Below the pieces are notes generated by a model. The model was not told where the DNA came from. It saw only the letters and a program-made list of their open reading frames with translations, and searched no databases. A stretch of 64,000 bases of DNA from contig OZ242358.1 in assembly GCA_965208835.1 (NCBI GenBank), positions 3,840,001-3,904,000 on the forward strand. Reading direction: 5' to 3'. The position numbers and the translations under genes were made by a program. This DNA is from Candidatus Latescibacterota bacterium. GTDB taxonomy: Bacteria; Latescibacterota; UBA2968; GCA-2709665. Numbering within the stretch: position 1 is the first letter of the stretch; the number at the start of each line of letters is the position of its first letter. Shown here piece by piece: positions 38,001-48,330 of this stretch.

Positions 38001-38039
38001 AAGGGGCTACGAGCCATTACTCGTAACCCCTTGTTTTTT
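38001..38039. terminator. Bidirectional terminator between heme operon and tRNA
   Basis: AAGGGGCTACGAG-ccatta-CTCGTAACCCCTT followed by GTTTTTT. Confidence 0.7.
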
Positions 38040-38040
38040 A

Positions 38041-38117
38041 TGGTCGGGGAGGCGGGATTCGAACCCGCGACCCCCTGCTCCCAAAGCAGGTGCTCTGCCG
38101 GACTGAGCCACTCCCCG
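38041..38117 (-). tRNA. tRNA-Pro (TGG)
   Basis: Reverse complement CGGGGAGTGGCTCAG...CCTGC-TTTGGGA-GCAGG...GGTTCGAATCC...CCCCGACCA, 77 nt with encoded CCA. Confidence 0.97.
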
Positions 38118-38416
38118 TACCAACATCCTGGATATCACAATTCCGTTCGGAATATCTACAATTCACAGATATTGGGCAAGCAAAAAAGCCGAAACATGCA
38201 CGCGTACCGCGTAGACCTGAGACAAGCCTCGAATCATGCCCGGCTGTTTATGACACGTATACCCGTCAACACAATCGATCCCGGTTCTCAACATCCACAG
38301 CGCCCGCCATTCCGAGGTCCATGGATTTCACTTGCCCGGACTGACGGCGCAAGGTAATTTGGCGTGCGGTTGTAACCGAGTCGTCTTGCAAACCGATTTC
38401 GAGAGAATCTTTCCCT

Positions 38417-39550
38417 ATGCCCGACAAACCGGTACTCATTATCGACGGCCATCTGGATATGGCCTTTAATGCGCTCTTCTACCGGCGCGACCTCACACAG
38501 CCGGTACATGTACTGCGCGAACGTGAAGACGTCGTTCGCGCCGACCTGTCGACCCATAAGGACTCGCTGGAACGACGTGCTGGCCTGGAGGACAAGCGCT
38601 ACACGGTGACCGTAACCCTGCCAGAGATGCGAGAGGGCCACGTCGGTATCATGCTTTCAACGATCATGGCACGCGTTCAGGCCCCCTCCATCGACTCCCA
38701 CAACTCCGTTCGCGCCCAGTCGGTCGCATACGCAAGAGGCCAGAGCCACCTCCACTACTACAACGCCCTCGCCCGCCGGGGTGAAATCACGTTCATCAGA
38801 AACACCGGCGACCTGGATGAATGTGTCGCGTCGTGGGAGCATCCAACGGATACCACGCCGATCGGCCTGATTCTCACCGCCGAAAGCGCCGACCCCATCC
38901 TGGGGCCCGACCAGGTGGGAGATTGGTGGGACGCCGGACTGCGCTCGGTATCCCTTACCCACTTCGGGGCCAATACCTACGGCCACGGGACCGGCACGGT
39001 CGGAGGGCTCTATCCGCCCGCCTATCCCCTGATGGACGCCTTTAAAGACGTGGGCATGGTCATCGACCTCACGCACGCGTCGGACCTCACGTTCTGGCAG
39101 ATCATGGACTATTGGGACGGACCGGTCCACGCAAGCCACTGCAACTGCCGGGCGCTCCTTCGCGGCCAGAGGCACCTGAGCGACGAGATGATTCAGGCCA
39201 TCGTCGAACGCGGCGGCGTCATCGGAGTGGTCTTCGCAGAACAGATGCTCAGCCCCTCCTGGGACTGGGACGATCCTTCAACGCATTACACCACCGCCAC
39301 GCGGCCGATGAAGGCCGTTGTCGAACACGTCGACCACATCTGCCAGCTCACAGGCAACAGCCGTCACGTTGCCATCGGAACGGATCTGGACGGCGGGTTC
39401 GGACTGGAGCTCTCACCCACGGACTACAACACGATCACCGACCTCCAGCGGTTTCCCGGCATCCTGGAAGCGCAGGGATACGATTCTGAAGACATCGACA
39501 ACATCTGTCATGGAAACCTGATCCGATTCTTCAAGGAGGCGTGGTCCTGA
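38417..39550 (+). CDS. Membrane dipeptidase (M19)
   Basis: DGHLD, ESAD, DLTH, ASHCN, HVDH, IGTDLDGG, GN..RF. Confidence 0.9.
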   Translation: MPDKPVLIIDGHLDMAFNALFYRRDLTQPVHVLREREDVVRADLSTHKDSLERRAGLEDKRYTVTVTLPEMREGHVGIMLSTIMARVQAPSIDSHNSVRAQSVAYARGQSHLHYYNALARRGEITFIRNTGDLDECVASWEHPTDTTPIGLILTAESADPILGPDQVGDWWDAGLRSVSLTHFGANTYGHGTGTVGGLYPPAYPLMDAFKDVGMVIDLTHASDLTFWQIMDYWDGPVHASHCNCRALLRGQRHLSDEMIQAIVERGGVIGVVFAEQMLSPSWDWDDPSTHYTTATRPMKAVVEHVDHICQLTGNSRHVAIGTDLDGGFGLELSPTDYNTITDLQRFPGILEAQGYDSEDIDNICHGNLIRFFKEAWS

Positions 39551-39614
39551 CGACCGCCGTTTCGTTGCCTGCCCACGCGCCAGACCGCCGCGTCAATCAA
39601 GCCAGGGGTTTCGA

Positions 39615-40697
39615 ATGCCCGACCGTCCGTACCTGATCGCAGACAGCCACCTTGACCTGGGGTTCAGCGCTATTCAGGTCAACCGGGACCTCACGCAGCC
39701 GGCCGCAACCGTCCGCGTCCACGACGCCGAACCCGTGATGCGCAGCTTCGGTAGCTGTACCGTGACCTTTCCGGAACTCCGCCGGGGCAACGTTGGCATC
39801 ATATTCGGCACGATGATGTCCCGAACCGACCCGAATGACCGCTGGACCCGCACGGGCATGTATTGCCAGGACCAGTGCCACGGCGTAGGCAGAGGCCACC
39901 TGGCCTATTATCAGGCGATGGAACGCGAAGGCGTGGTTCGATTCATCCGCAATTCGCGGGACCTGGACGAAACGGTGGCCGCCTGGGAAGACCCAGCTCC
40001 GGACACGCCTATCGGCGTGGTGGTGGCCATGGAAAGCGCCGACCCCATCCTGGACCCGTCCCAGGTTCCCGAATGGTACGATCTGGGGCTCCGCATCGTG
40101 AGCATTTCACACTACGGCGTCAGTTCTTATTGCCACGGCACCGGCACCGAAGGCGGCCTCCTCGAACGCGGCAAACCGCTGCTCGACGCATTGAAGGAAG
40201 CGGGGATTATCGTCGACCTCACCCACACCACGGACCGGGCCTTCTGGGAAATCCTGGACGTCTACGACGGCCCGGTGGCCGCCTCCCACCACAATTGCCG
40301 GGCACTCACCCCCGGACAGCGCCAGCTAACCGACGAGATGATCGCCGCCATCGTCGAACGGGGCGGCGTGATCGGCGCCGCATTCGATGCCTGGATGCTG
40401 GATCCCGACTGGAATCGTGAGATTCCCTGCTGGGCCCAGAGTACAAAGGCCACCCTCGAAACCGTTGCCGATCACATCGACCACGTCTGCCAGCTTGCGG
40501 GAAACGCACGGCACGCCGGCATCGGAACGGACCTGGACGGCGGTTTCGGACAGGAACAGGCCCCGCGCGACCTGAACACCATCGCCGACCTGCAGAACCT
40601 GGTCGGCATCCTCCAGCGCCGTGGCTACGGCGAACCCGACGTTCGCAACATCCTCTCCGGCAATTGGGTCCGTTTCCTCAAGGAAGTGTGGGAGTAG
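39615..40697 (+). CDS. Membrane dipeptidase (M19), tandem paralog
   Basis: DSHLD, MESAD, DLTH, ASHHN, HIDH, IGTDLDGG. Confidence 0.9.
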   Translation: MPDRPYLIADSHLDLGFSAIQVNRDLTQPAATVRVHDAEPVMRSFGSCTVTFPELRRGNVGIIFGTMMSRTDPNDRWTRTGMYCQDQCHGVGRGHLAYYQAMEREGVVRFIRNSRDLDETVAAWEDPAPDTPIGVVVAMESADPILDPSQVPEWYDLGLRIVSISHYGVSSYCHGTGTEGGLLERGKPLLDALKEAGIIVDLTHTTDRAFWEILDVYDGPVAASHHNCRALTPGQRQLTDEMIAAIVERGGVIGAAFDAWMLDPDWNREIPCWAQSTKATLETVADHIDHVCQLAGNARHAGIGTDLDGGFGQEQAPRDLNTIADLQNLVGILQRRGYGEPDVRNILSGNWVRFLKEVWE

Positions 40698-40796
40698 GAG
40701 ATCCACGGGACGCGGGAGCAAAGAAACGCGTGGAGTCGGGAACGTTGCCTCGCGACCATGCGATTTCCCATCACTGCCATTGAAGGGCGCCCAGAC

Positions 40797-41525
40797 ATGT
40801 CCGAAACGGTAGAATCGACGCCATCCTCGCTGAGCGAGTCGCCGGATCGCGCGGCTCGCAAGGCGGGATTTCTCTTGCTTCTTACCGTAATTTTCACGGT
40901 TGCGCTCATCTACACGCGGGTCGCCGCCGACGCCGACCAGCCAACGCTGCTCGAGTCGCTGGCAGCCATTTCACGGCGTCCGGCCATGTACATCCTTTCA
41001 GGAGTTGCACGGCTGTTGTCCGGCATTGCGCTCCTAGGTGCAGGCTTGCTCCTGTTGCAAACCTGGATCATTCGAGGGGGCTGGGCGACATCGGCCGTCC
41101 CCCGCCTGTTCGTGTTATCGGGCGCGCTCACCGCGGTGTCGGGAGGGATCGCAGTCCTGATCGCCCTGCATCCCGCGCTCGAGGCCGTATCAGTTGGCGG
41201 GGCCTCACCTGTTCCCGGCATGTCCGTGCTGGAGTCGATGTCGGACCTGCGCTGGCTCACTGGCGCGGGAGGATTCGCCGCAGCGGGACTCGCCCTGGTC
41301 GTGGCTTCCAGGTATCAGTGGAAAGTGGGCGGCGCGCTGCGAAGGGTAGTGCCCATCTCGGCAGTACTGGGCGTCGCGATGCTATTCATCTGGTTTGACG
41401 GCGCGGCGGCTTTCCACATGGTAGTAGGAACGGTCTTCCTGATCTGGCTCATCGTCATCGGATCCATGCTTGCCAGCGGACGCGTTGAACGGCAATATAC
41501 CACGACTTATCTGAGGGAAAGTTGA
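40797..41525 (+). CDS. Integral membrane protein (DUF4386-like)
   Basis: About 6 hydrophobic segments. Confidence 0.65.
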   Translation: MSETVESTPSSLSESPDRAARKAGFLLLLTVIFTVALIYTRVAADADQPTLLESLAAISRRPAMYILSGVARLLSGIALLGAGLLLLQTWIIRGGWATSAVPRLFVLSGALTAVSGGIAVLIALHPALEAVSVGGASPVPGMSVLESMSDLRWLTGAGGFAAAGLALVVASRYQWKVGGALRRVVPISAVLGVAMLFIWFDGAAAFHMVVGTVFLIWLIVIGSMLASGRVERQYTTTYLRES

Positions 41526-41558
41526 CCCGGGATTTCCCGTCTATCTACGCGCGTGTGT

Positions 41559-43028
41559 ATGCCTCCCAGACCTAACCTGCTTCTCATCACGACCGACCAG
41601 CAGCGCGGCGACTGCCTCGGGTGCGACGGCCATCCGGTTCTCGAAACCCCCTACCTGGATGAACTGGCGGAGGGCGGCGCGCGTTTCAACCACGCCTATA
41701 CCTCTGTCCCTTCCTGCACCCCCGCCCGCGCGGCAATCCTGACCGGAATGGACCAGTGGAACCATGGCCGTCTCACCATGACGGGCGCCGACTCGCTCGA
41801 ATACCCGGCAACGCTTCCCGGAGAACTCGCCAGTGCCGGCTACCACACCCAGGCCGTGGGCAAGATGCACTTCCACCCCCAGCGCAGACTCCACGGGTTT
41901 CATCATATGGTTCTGGACGAGAGCGGACGACGATTGGGCAATTTCATCAGTGACTACCACGTATTCTTCGAGAAACACAAGGAGGGCGAATACGGCTACC
42001 GCGACCACAGTGTCGACTGGAATTCATGGATGGCCCGTCCATCGCATCTGCCGGAACACCTTCACCCCACGCACTGGACAGCATCGGAGGGCATCAGGTT
42101 TCTCGAGAATCGGGACCCCACCAGACCCTTCTTTCTCTGGTTGTCGTTTGCCCGCCCCCATTCACCTTATGACGCGCCGCAGACCTACTACGATTTGTAT
42201 ATAGACAATCCCGAGGTGCCCAAGGCGGCCGTGGGTGCATGGTCCGCCCGGTACGACCGTCGAATCGCGGATGTGAACGCCCCGCGCACCCGCCGCACCG
42301 ACGCGGAGACCCATCGCGCACGCGCGGCATATTACGGCAACATCACGTTCATCGACCATCAGATCGGTCGTGTCCTGCACGAACTGCGCCGTCGCGAACC
42401 CGCGGCGTCGGCCAACACCCTCATTCTGTTCACTTCGGACCACGGCGACATGATGGGCGATCACCACCACTGGCGGAAGACATACGCGTATGAAGGCTCA
42501 GCCCGAATCCCCTTCATCGTCAAGTACCCGGATGTCTGGGATATACCCCCAAACCGGACGCTGACGGAGCCTGTCGAGCTGCGAGACGTCATGCCCACGT
42601 TTCTCGACGCCGCGGGCGTAGCCGTCCCCGAATCCGTAGACGGCCTGAGCCTGCTGGATCTGTCAAGGGGCCGGACCGACGGCTGGCGAAATTTCATACA
42701 GGGTGAACATACCACCTGTTACGATAAGGAACACGGCATGCAGTACGTAACCGACGGACGGGAAAAGTTCATCTGGTTTCACCACACGGGCGCCGAACAG
42801 TTCTTCGACCTGGAAGCCGATCCTCTGGAGTGCAACGACCTCGCGACGGATCCCGCCTGTCAATCGCGCATCGACGTCTGGCGGGAACGCCTGGCTGGAA
42901 TCAACGAACAACGTGGCGACCCCCGCGGCCGGAACGGCAGACTCGTGCCCCAGCCCGACAGCGCGCTGTCTCTTTCACCCAACTATGAGAAATGGAAACA
43001 GCGTGCGAAAGGGCTGAGAGACGCCTGA
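41559..43028 (+). CDS. Arylsulfatase (FGly type)
   Basis: PNLLLITTDQQR, CTPARAAILTG, GKMH, PHSPYD, TSDHGD. Confidence 0.93.
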   Translation: MPPRPNLLLITTDQQRGDCLGCDGHPVLETPYLDELAEGGARFNHAYTSVPSCTPARAAILTGMDQWNHGRLTMTGADSLEYPATLPGELASAGYHTQAVGKMHFHPQRRLHGFHHMVLDESGRRLGNFISDYHVFFEKHKEGEYGYRDHSVDWNSWMARPSHLPEHLHPTHWTASEGIRFLENRDPTRPFFLWLSFARPHSPYDAPQTYYDLYIDNPEVPKAAVGAWSARYDRRIADVNAPRTRRTDAETHRARAAYYGNITFIDHQIGRVLHELRRREPAASANTLILFTSDHGDMMGDHHHWRKTYAYEGSARIPFIVKYPDVWDIPPNRTLTEPVELRDVMPTFLDAAGVAVPESVDGLSLLDLSRGRTDGWRNFIQGEHTTCYDKEHGMQYVTDGREKFIWFHHTGAEQFFDLEADPLECNDLATDPACQSRIDVWRERLAGINEQRGDPRGRNGRLVPQPDSALSLSPNYEKWKQRAKGLRDA

Positions 43029-43078
43029 ATTAAAAAAAGCGCGGATTGCGCCGCGCCCCAATTGTATACGAGGAGATT

Positions 43079-43552
43079 ATGCCGACAAGATACTGGCTGA
43101 TGAAGTGCGAACTCAGCGAGTGCAGCTTCGACGACCTGAAGAACAACCGCCCGGACAGCACTGGAAAGTGGCGCGGCGTTCGTAACTACCAGGCCCGGAA
43201 TTTCATCCGGGACGACATGCAGACGGGCGACGTCGTCCTCTTCTACCAGTCGAACTGCGACGAACCCGGCATTGCGGGACTGGCGGAAATCGTGCGTGCG
43301 GCCTATCCTGACCCGTCGGCCTTCGATCCCGACAGCAGCTACTACGATGCGAAATCAACACCCGACGATCCCCGCTGGTTCTCCGTGGACGTCAAATGGA
43401 AAAAGGCCTTCAAGACGTATGTTCATCTTAAAGACCTCAAAGCCAATCCCGCGTTGAAAGAAATGCTGGTTGTTCGCAGGGGCCAGCGACTTTCCATCCA
43501 GCCTGTGAAGAAGAGTGAATTTGAAGCCGTCAGCGAAATGGGAGGGGTCTGA
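43079..43552 (+). CDS. EVE domain protein
   Basis: YWLMK, WRGVRNYQARNF, AYPD, PRW, RLSIQPV; AGGAG RBS. Confidence 0.92.
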   Translation: MPTRYWLMKCELSECSFDDLKNNRPDSTGKWRGVRNYQARNFIRDDMQTGDVVLFYQSNCDEPGIAGLAEIVRAAYPDPSAFDPDSSYYDAKSTPDDPRWFSVDVKWKKAFKTYVHLKDLKANPALKEMLVVRRGQRLSIQPVKKSEFEAVSEMGGV

Positions 43553-43612
43553 AATAATCCCGTCACCCCACAAGACATCCTCATATTCCAACACACACCC
43601 GTCCCGATTCAA

Positions 43613-44449
43613 CTACGGCGCCTCCGGAACTTCCACCGGCAAGTCCAGCCGGTCGCCCCATTCCTTCCACGACCCGATATAGTTGCGCACATTTTGATAG
43701 CCCAGCAGGCGCAACGCCAGGTACGAATGGGAGGAACGGTACCCGCCCTGTCAGTAACACGCCACCGTCTGTTCCGGCATCACGCCTTCACGCTCGTACA
43801 TCTCCTGCAACGCTTCTGCCGGCTTGAACGCACCCGACTTGTCCAGATTGTCCAGATACTCGATATGCACGGCGGCGGGAATGGCGCCGCCCCGGGCGGA
43901 CCGCGCCACGCGACCGAAATATTCGTCGTCGCTCCGAGTATCCAGCGACACGAAATCCGCCTTGCCCAGCGAATCCCGAATCTCTTCGAAGCCAATGTGG
44001 CGTTCCTCGACGGGCGCCATTTCGAAAGAGGCCTGGTCCGGTACCGGGACTTCAACTGTGGTCTTGAATCCCGCCGCCGTCCAGGCCTGAAGCCCCCCGT
44101 TCAGAACATGCACGTCAGGGTGGCCCAGGTATTCACAGATCCAGAAACCACGAGCCGCGCGCATCCCGGAGTCGTTTTCGTAAAACACCACCGTCGCATC
44201 GGAGCTGATTCCCCGGCTTCCCATCAGGTAGGCCAGGGTCCACATGAACGCTTCGAATGCCTCGCGTCCGGTGTTGTTCAGACTAATTCCGTAGAGGTCC
44301 AGGTGCAGCGCCCCCGGAATGTGCCCGGAAACGTATTCGTGCGTCGGCCGGACATCCACAATGCATATCGATGCTTCCTGGAGGCGAACATGCAATTGCG
44401 CGGGCGTCATCAGCAGTTCGGGATTCGCATATCCCTTATCATCCATCAA
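43613..44449 (-). CDS. Tandem-domain rhodanese/sulfurtransferase, probable selenoprotein (UGA at 43753-43751)
   Basis: GHIPGA, VLNGG, LDTRS, GAIP; reading through TGA gives [36 protein letters not shown] up to TAG at 43615-43613. Confidence 0.88.
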
Positions 44450-45510
44450 TGTCCCTCCTGACCGTAATAGGCGTTGACTTCAATACATCGCCCGCCCAGG
44501 CGGGCCGAATCCCATCCCGCCAGGATTGGCGCCAGGGAATACAGGCCGTCGCGATAGTCGTTCAGTATACCCCCCCGATGCCCCGAACGCACCGCCTCCA
44601 CAAAGATCCGATCCTGCTCGAACCAGGGATCGAACTCCCCGCCCCGATAGACGGTCTCTCCGTTCAGATCGATTCGGTCGTAGTTAAAGATCTCCAGTCG
44701 TCCACCCTCGAAGAAAAACGTGAACCACGGCTGTGGCGTACCGGACGGGTCCGCACGCACGAACGTCATCGTCATTGTCGCTCCGTTGTCCAGCCGGAAA
44801 TGGAAGGAGGACGAGAGCGGATCGCTGAAAACCTCGGACTGCTCGAAATAGAACGCCTGGACTTTATCGACTTCCAATCCGGTTGTAAACCGGACGTAGT
44901 CCACGGCGTGCACGCCCCAATCGAGCGCGGGACCCCCCGATTGGTCCATCTGGCGCCACCAGGAAGCCCCTTCCATTCCCTCCTTACGCGGCGGCGGTCC
45001 GCCCACGGATCGAAACACGACGTGCACGATCCGCTTCTCCGCAAGAATCCGCCGCGCCTCGCGGAACAGCGGTCGATATCGTTCGCGAAAACAGACCGTG
45101 CTCAATACCTCCGCCTTCCGGACCGCCCGGTCGATCTCCAGAGCCACGGCCATCCGAGTCGCCTGCGGCTTTTCGCTGAACAGATGAATTCCGCGTTCCA
45201 CGGCTCTGATTTCGACGTCCGTGCGGGCAAAGGCGGGCACAATCGAAAAGAGCACGTCAAACCGCTCGTTCTCTACCATTTCGCGACCATCGGCATAGAC
45301 CGCCGGGATCTCAAAACGCTCCGCCGTACGTCGCAGGGCCGCGGCATCCACGTCGCATGCCGCTACGACGTCCACGCCCAGCTTCTTCAGGTTCGGAATG
45401 TGGGTCTGGTTTGCCCACGACCCGGTACCGTATATCGCAGCCCGGACGGCTCGCTCGGATGCGTTCGCCGAATCCGACCGCGCATCGTTTTCTCTGTGTT
45501 CGTTTGCCAC
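44446..45510 (-). CDS. Gfo/Idh/MocA-family oxidoreductase
   Basis: IYGTG, SEKP, DWGVH; start GTG 45510 or ATG 45522. Confidence 0.88.
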   Translation of the reverse strand: MANEHRENDARSDSANASERAVRAAIYGTGSWANQTHIPNLKKLGVDVVAACDVDAAALRRTAERFEIPAVYADGREMVENERFDVLFSIVPAFARTDVEIRAVERGIHLFSEKPQATRMAVALEIDRAVRKAEVLSTVCFRERYRPLFREARRILAEKRIVHVVFRSVGGPPPRKEGMEGASWWRQMDQSGGPALDWGVHAVDYVRFTTGLEVDKVQAFYFEQSEVFSDPLSSSFHFRLDNGATMTMTFVRADPSGTPQPWFTFFFEGGRLEIFNYDRIDLNGETVYRGGEFDPWFEQDRIFVEAVRSGHRGGILNDYRDGLYSLAPILAGWDSARLGGRCIEVNAYYGQEGH

Positions 45511-45514
45511 GTCC

Positions 45515-46792
45515 CTACCCATTCGCCAGGGACTCCGCTGTCTGAACGATGGTTTGCTCCTCGTCCTGGAACCTTGCCGGTTCGCCGTAATAGGGGTACG
45601 CGTTGGGCTCGTACCCGCCCTCCTCGTAGTGCCGATCAGTACAGAGGTATCCGATTTCGTCGTTCGCATATCCAACCGGCCAGACGTCATCCGCGTCGAC
45701 CAGTCCCCTCAGTCGCTTCTCGATGGCGTGACCGATCTCCTGTACCGGCTCGCCCGGTATGGTGACACACGTCAGCGGGCCTACCGCCATCAACTGCATT
45801 TCCGTTGCGCGGCTGTCGGGAATGCCGCCCCTGGCGATCATCTCAAGAACGCCGCTGGCCCACGGCCCGGTCAGCAGGCGGCCTCTCGCGCTCTCATCAG
45901 CCGCCTTCTCCCTGAGGTCTTCTACGGGATCGTGTTCGCCGAATGCGATTCGCACGTCGGTTCGCCGCGCATTCAATTGCGAGGACCGCCGGGTCTTCAG
46001 ACTCCCTGCCACGCGCACCACTTCTCGGCCCAGTTCTTCGCCGCAGGCGTCCAACTCGGCCTTGGTGGCGGATTTGAACCCTCCTGTTTCCCGATTGATT
46101 ACCGCGGGCCGGACATTCCCGAAACACCCTGCCAGAAACAGCGCCCTACACCCCATCGCATCTTCTATCACGCGACGGGCGATACCCGCGTAGTCGGGCG
46201 AAATATAGCCCTCGGACCCACTTTTAGTGGTGGTATGGCACGAATAGTGAAACAGTACCGCCTGCGGCGTTCCGTCCTCCGCCTCGACCAAAAGCACGCG
46301 GGCCCGCCGATCCACGATTCCGCCGAAATTCTGCATCATGCCCGACGTACCGGGCAGCGGCCTTCGGCTAATGTTGAAATGCGCCGACCCACAGCCCAAC
46401 CCCATCCGTACCGGCTTGATGTCCGCCGCCGCGCGGACGATGCTCTCCGCGGTTTCTTTCTCGATCGTATCCATCCACCCCTCAGGCGGTTCCATTCCCA
46501 GCGACGGAAGCGTTGCCGGGGCTGAATGCGTGTGGCTGCACGCTACCATAACGTGATCCCCCGGAATACCGCACGCCGCGGTCACCCGTGCACGAATCCG
46601 GTCGGTTGTCTCTTTCGTCACGCCGATTACATCCAGGGTGGCGATCGCCGTCCTCACGCCTCCCTCATCGAACACGATTGCGCGGACTTCCAGCGGGTAC
46701 AGTACCGAGTGCGAGGGATTCGAACTCCAGTGCCCCTGCAGAACGGGACCCGGTTCCGGCGTTATGTCTGACGATGCGACGCCGCTCTTCAT
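45515..46792 (-). CDS. Neutral/alkaline ceramidase-like amidohydrolase
   Basis: DITP, SHTHSAP, YSCH, SPDY, GCFGN, PGEP, GYAN, GGYE. Confidence 0.8.
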   Translation of the reverse strand: MKSGVASSDITPEPGPVLQGHWSSNPSHSVLYPLEVRAIVFDEGGVRTAIATLDVIGVTKETTDRIRARVTAACGIPGDHVMVACSHTHSAPATLPSLGMEPPEGWMDTIEKETAESIVRAAADIKPVRMGLGCGSAHFNISRRPLPGTSGMMQNFGGIVDRRARVLLVEAEDGTPQAVLFHYSCHTTTKSGSEGYISPDYAGIARRVIEDAMGCRALFLAGCFGNVRPAVINRETGGFKSATKAELDACGEELGREVVRVAGSLKTRRSSQLNARRTDVRIAFGEHDPVEDLREKAADESARGRLLTGPWASGVLEMIARGGIPDSRATEMQLMAVGPLTCVTIPGEPVQEIGHAIEKRLRGLVDADDVWPVGYANDEIGYLCTDRHYEEGGYEPNAYPYYGEPARFQDEEQTIVQTAESLANG

Positions 46793-46814
46793 GGTTTTCT
46801 CCTTTTAAAGGAAC

Positions 46815-47042
<228 letters not shown>

Positions 47043-47164
47043 TCAGGCTAAAATGACATCGGGACGATTGAAATCGTCCCGATGCCGACATAACGATATG
47101 TATCCGGCCGCAGTTCATGCGGCCCCAAAGCCAGTGACGACTCTGCTATAAGCGACCCGCTCTG

Positions 47165-47920
47165 CTAGAGTGCGAAACCCAGACTGACGCCGCCCCAGAC
47201 CCTGTTTTGCTCGTCCTTGGTCCGATGGAAATCGAAATCCATAGTCTCTATTTCTTCGGTCCGGCGTATGAAACCGATGACGGGCGACAACGAGAAGTAG
47301 CTATGGCTGACACCGAGCGAAACCGACGCACCGGCATGGTTGAATTCGAATTTACCGGTGGTGTCGCTGTATCCGATATCGGCGGAAACGCCCAGCGTGA
47401 CGTTCCCCTCCGGTGTTAGTTGAACTTCGTGACCGATGCTGCCATTGACATACCAGTAATCGAATTGGCCCAGGTCGCGATAGACCGTCAGTGACGGGGA
47501 GGCCGAAACGTCCAGGCTCATTCCCGCAAAAAACTCCGTAGTGAGTCTGTCGCCCTTCGGAAGGCTTGGAAAGGTGTATTGAATTATCCCGACGGTAAGC
47601 CCCACATTTTCGTACTGTTCGCCCAGATTGCGGTCGTACGTAACCGTAAAGTCGAGTTCATCGCCCGCTTCCTGAATGCTCCTTTGCTTCAATGCCCAGG
47701 AACCCCAGATGTTGAACGAGAAACCGGAATCGCCGAAGCCCAGGGTAAGAGAGGGCTGCGCGGAAGGCTTATCCGTGAAGGCCACGCCGCGGAAAATGTA
47801 ATGCGTGACAAGATCCGTGCTGCCCTCTACGGAAATATCCTCTATCTGGGCGAATGAGGGACTGGCAAGCAGACTAAGCGTAACGACAAGAACGAGCGTG
47901 CGAGTTGGCATGTTCTTCAT
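47165..47920 (-). CDS. TorF/TIGR02001-like outer-membrane porin
   Basis: Signal peptide; THYIFRG..PSAQP, ELD, YTFP, alternating beta-strands; GGAGG RBS. Confidence 0.7.
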   Translation of the reverse strand: MKNMPTRTLVLVVTLSLLASPSFAQIEDISVEGSTDLVTHYIFRGVAFTDKPSAQPSLTLGFGDSGFSFNIWGSWALKQRSIQEAGDELDFTVTYDRNLGEQYENVGLTVGIIQYTFPSLPKGDRLTTEFFAGMSLDVSASPSLTVYRDLGQFDYWYVNGSIGHEVQLTPEGNVTLGVSADIGYSDTTGKFEFNHAGASVSLGVSHSYFSLSPVIGFIRRTEEIETMDFDFHRTKDEQNRVWGGVSLGFAL

Positions 47921-48113
47921 TCCTCCATTCTTTATTAGGTGATGTCCACGGTGGATCTCACCCTAACCGGAAGTTGACAACACTTTCGTGAATGCGTGAT
48001 GAGAGCTGATATCGGGGAGGCTGACGTGTTGAGGCCGGAAATCGACGCGGAGACCATCCGGCATGTCGGATCGGGTTCACTTTGAACACTCCTGTCGAAT
48101 AACAGGACGATTA

Positions 48114-48142
48114 ATCTTAGGGTCGCGACGGTTGAATGTCAA
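48114..48142 (-). promoter_or_regulatory. sigma70 promoter of porin gene
   Basis: Minus strand TTGACA-17 nt-TAAGAT. Confidence 0.7.
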
Positions 48143-48330
48143 GCTGAATTTTCGCAAGTCGGGTCGTGCTGAGGGACGGGCGGCCGGCACGGGTATTTCC
48201 GCTTTGCCCCCGGCGCCTGCTGTCGGAACGCATTCGGCCGACCGTTTGGTGTATCTTCTGCCGCGAGCCCGGGGTTCGCGCCGCGGGACTCTCGAAGAAA
48301 AAGCGGTACCTGGAAGGGCCTGGTGGTTAC

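Noticed and set aside
43079-44449. Functional link between the EVE protein and the Sec-rhodanese (RNA thio/seleno-modification)
   Set aside because: Genes are convergent and in separate units; adjacency alone is insufficient
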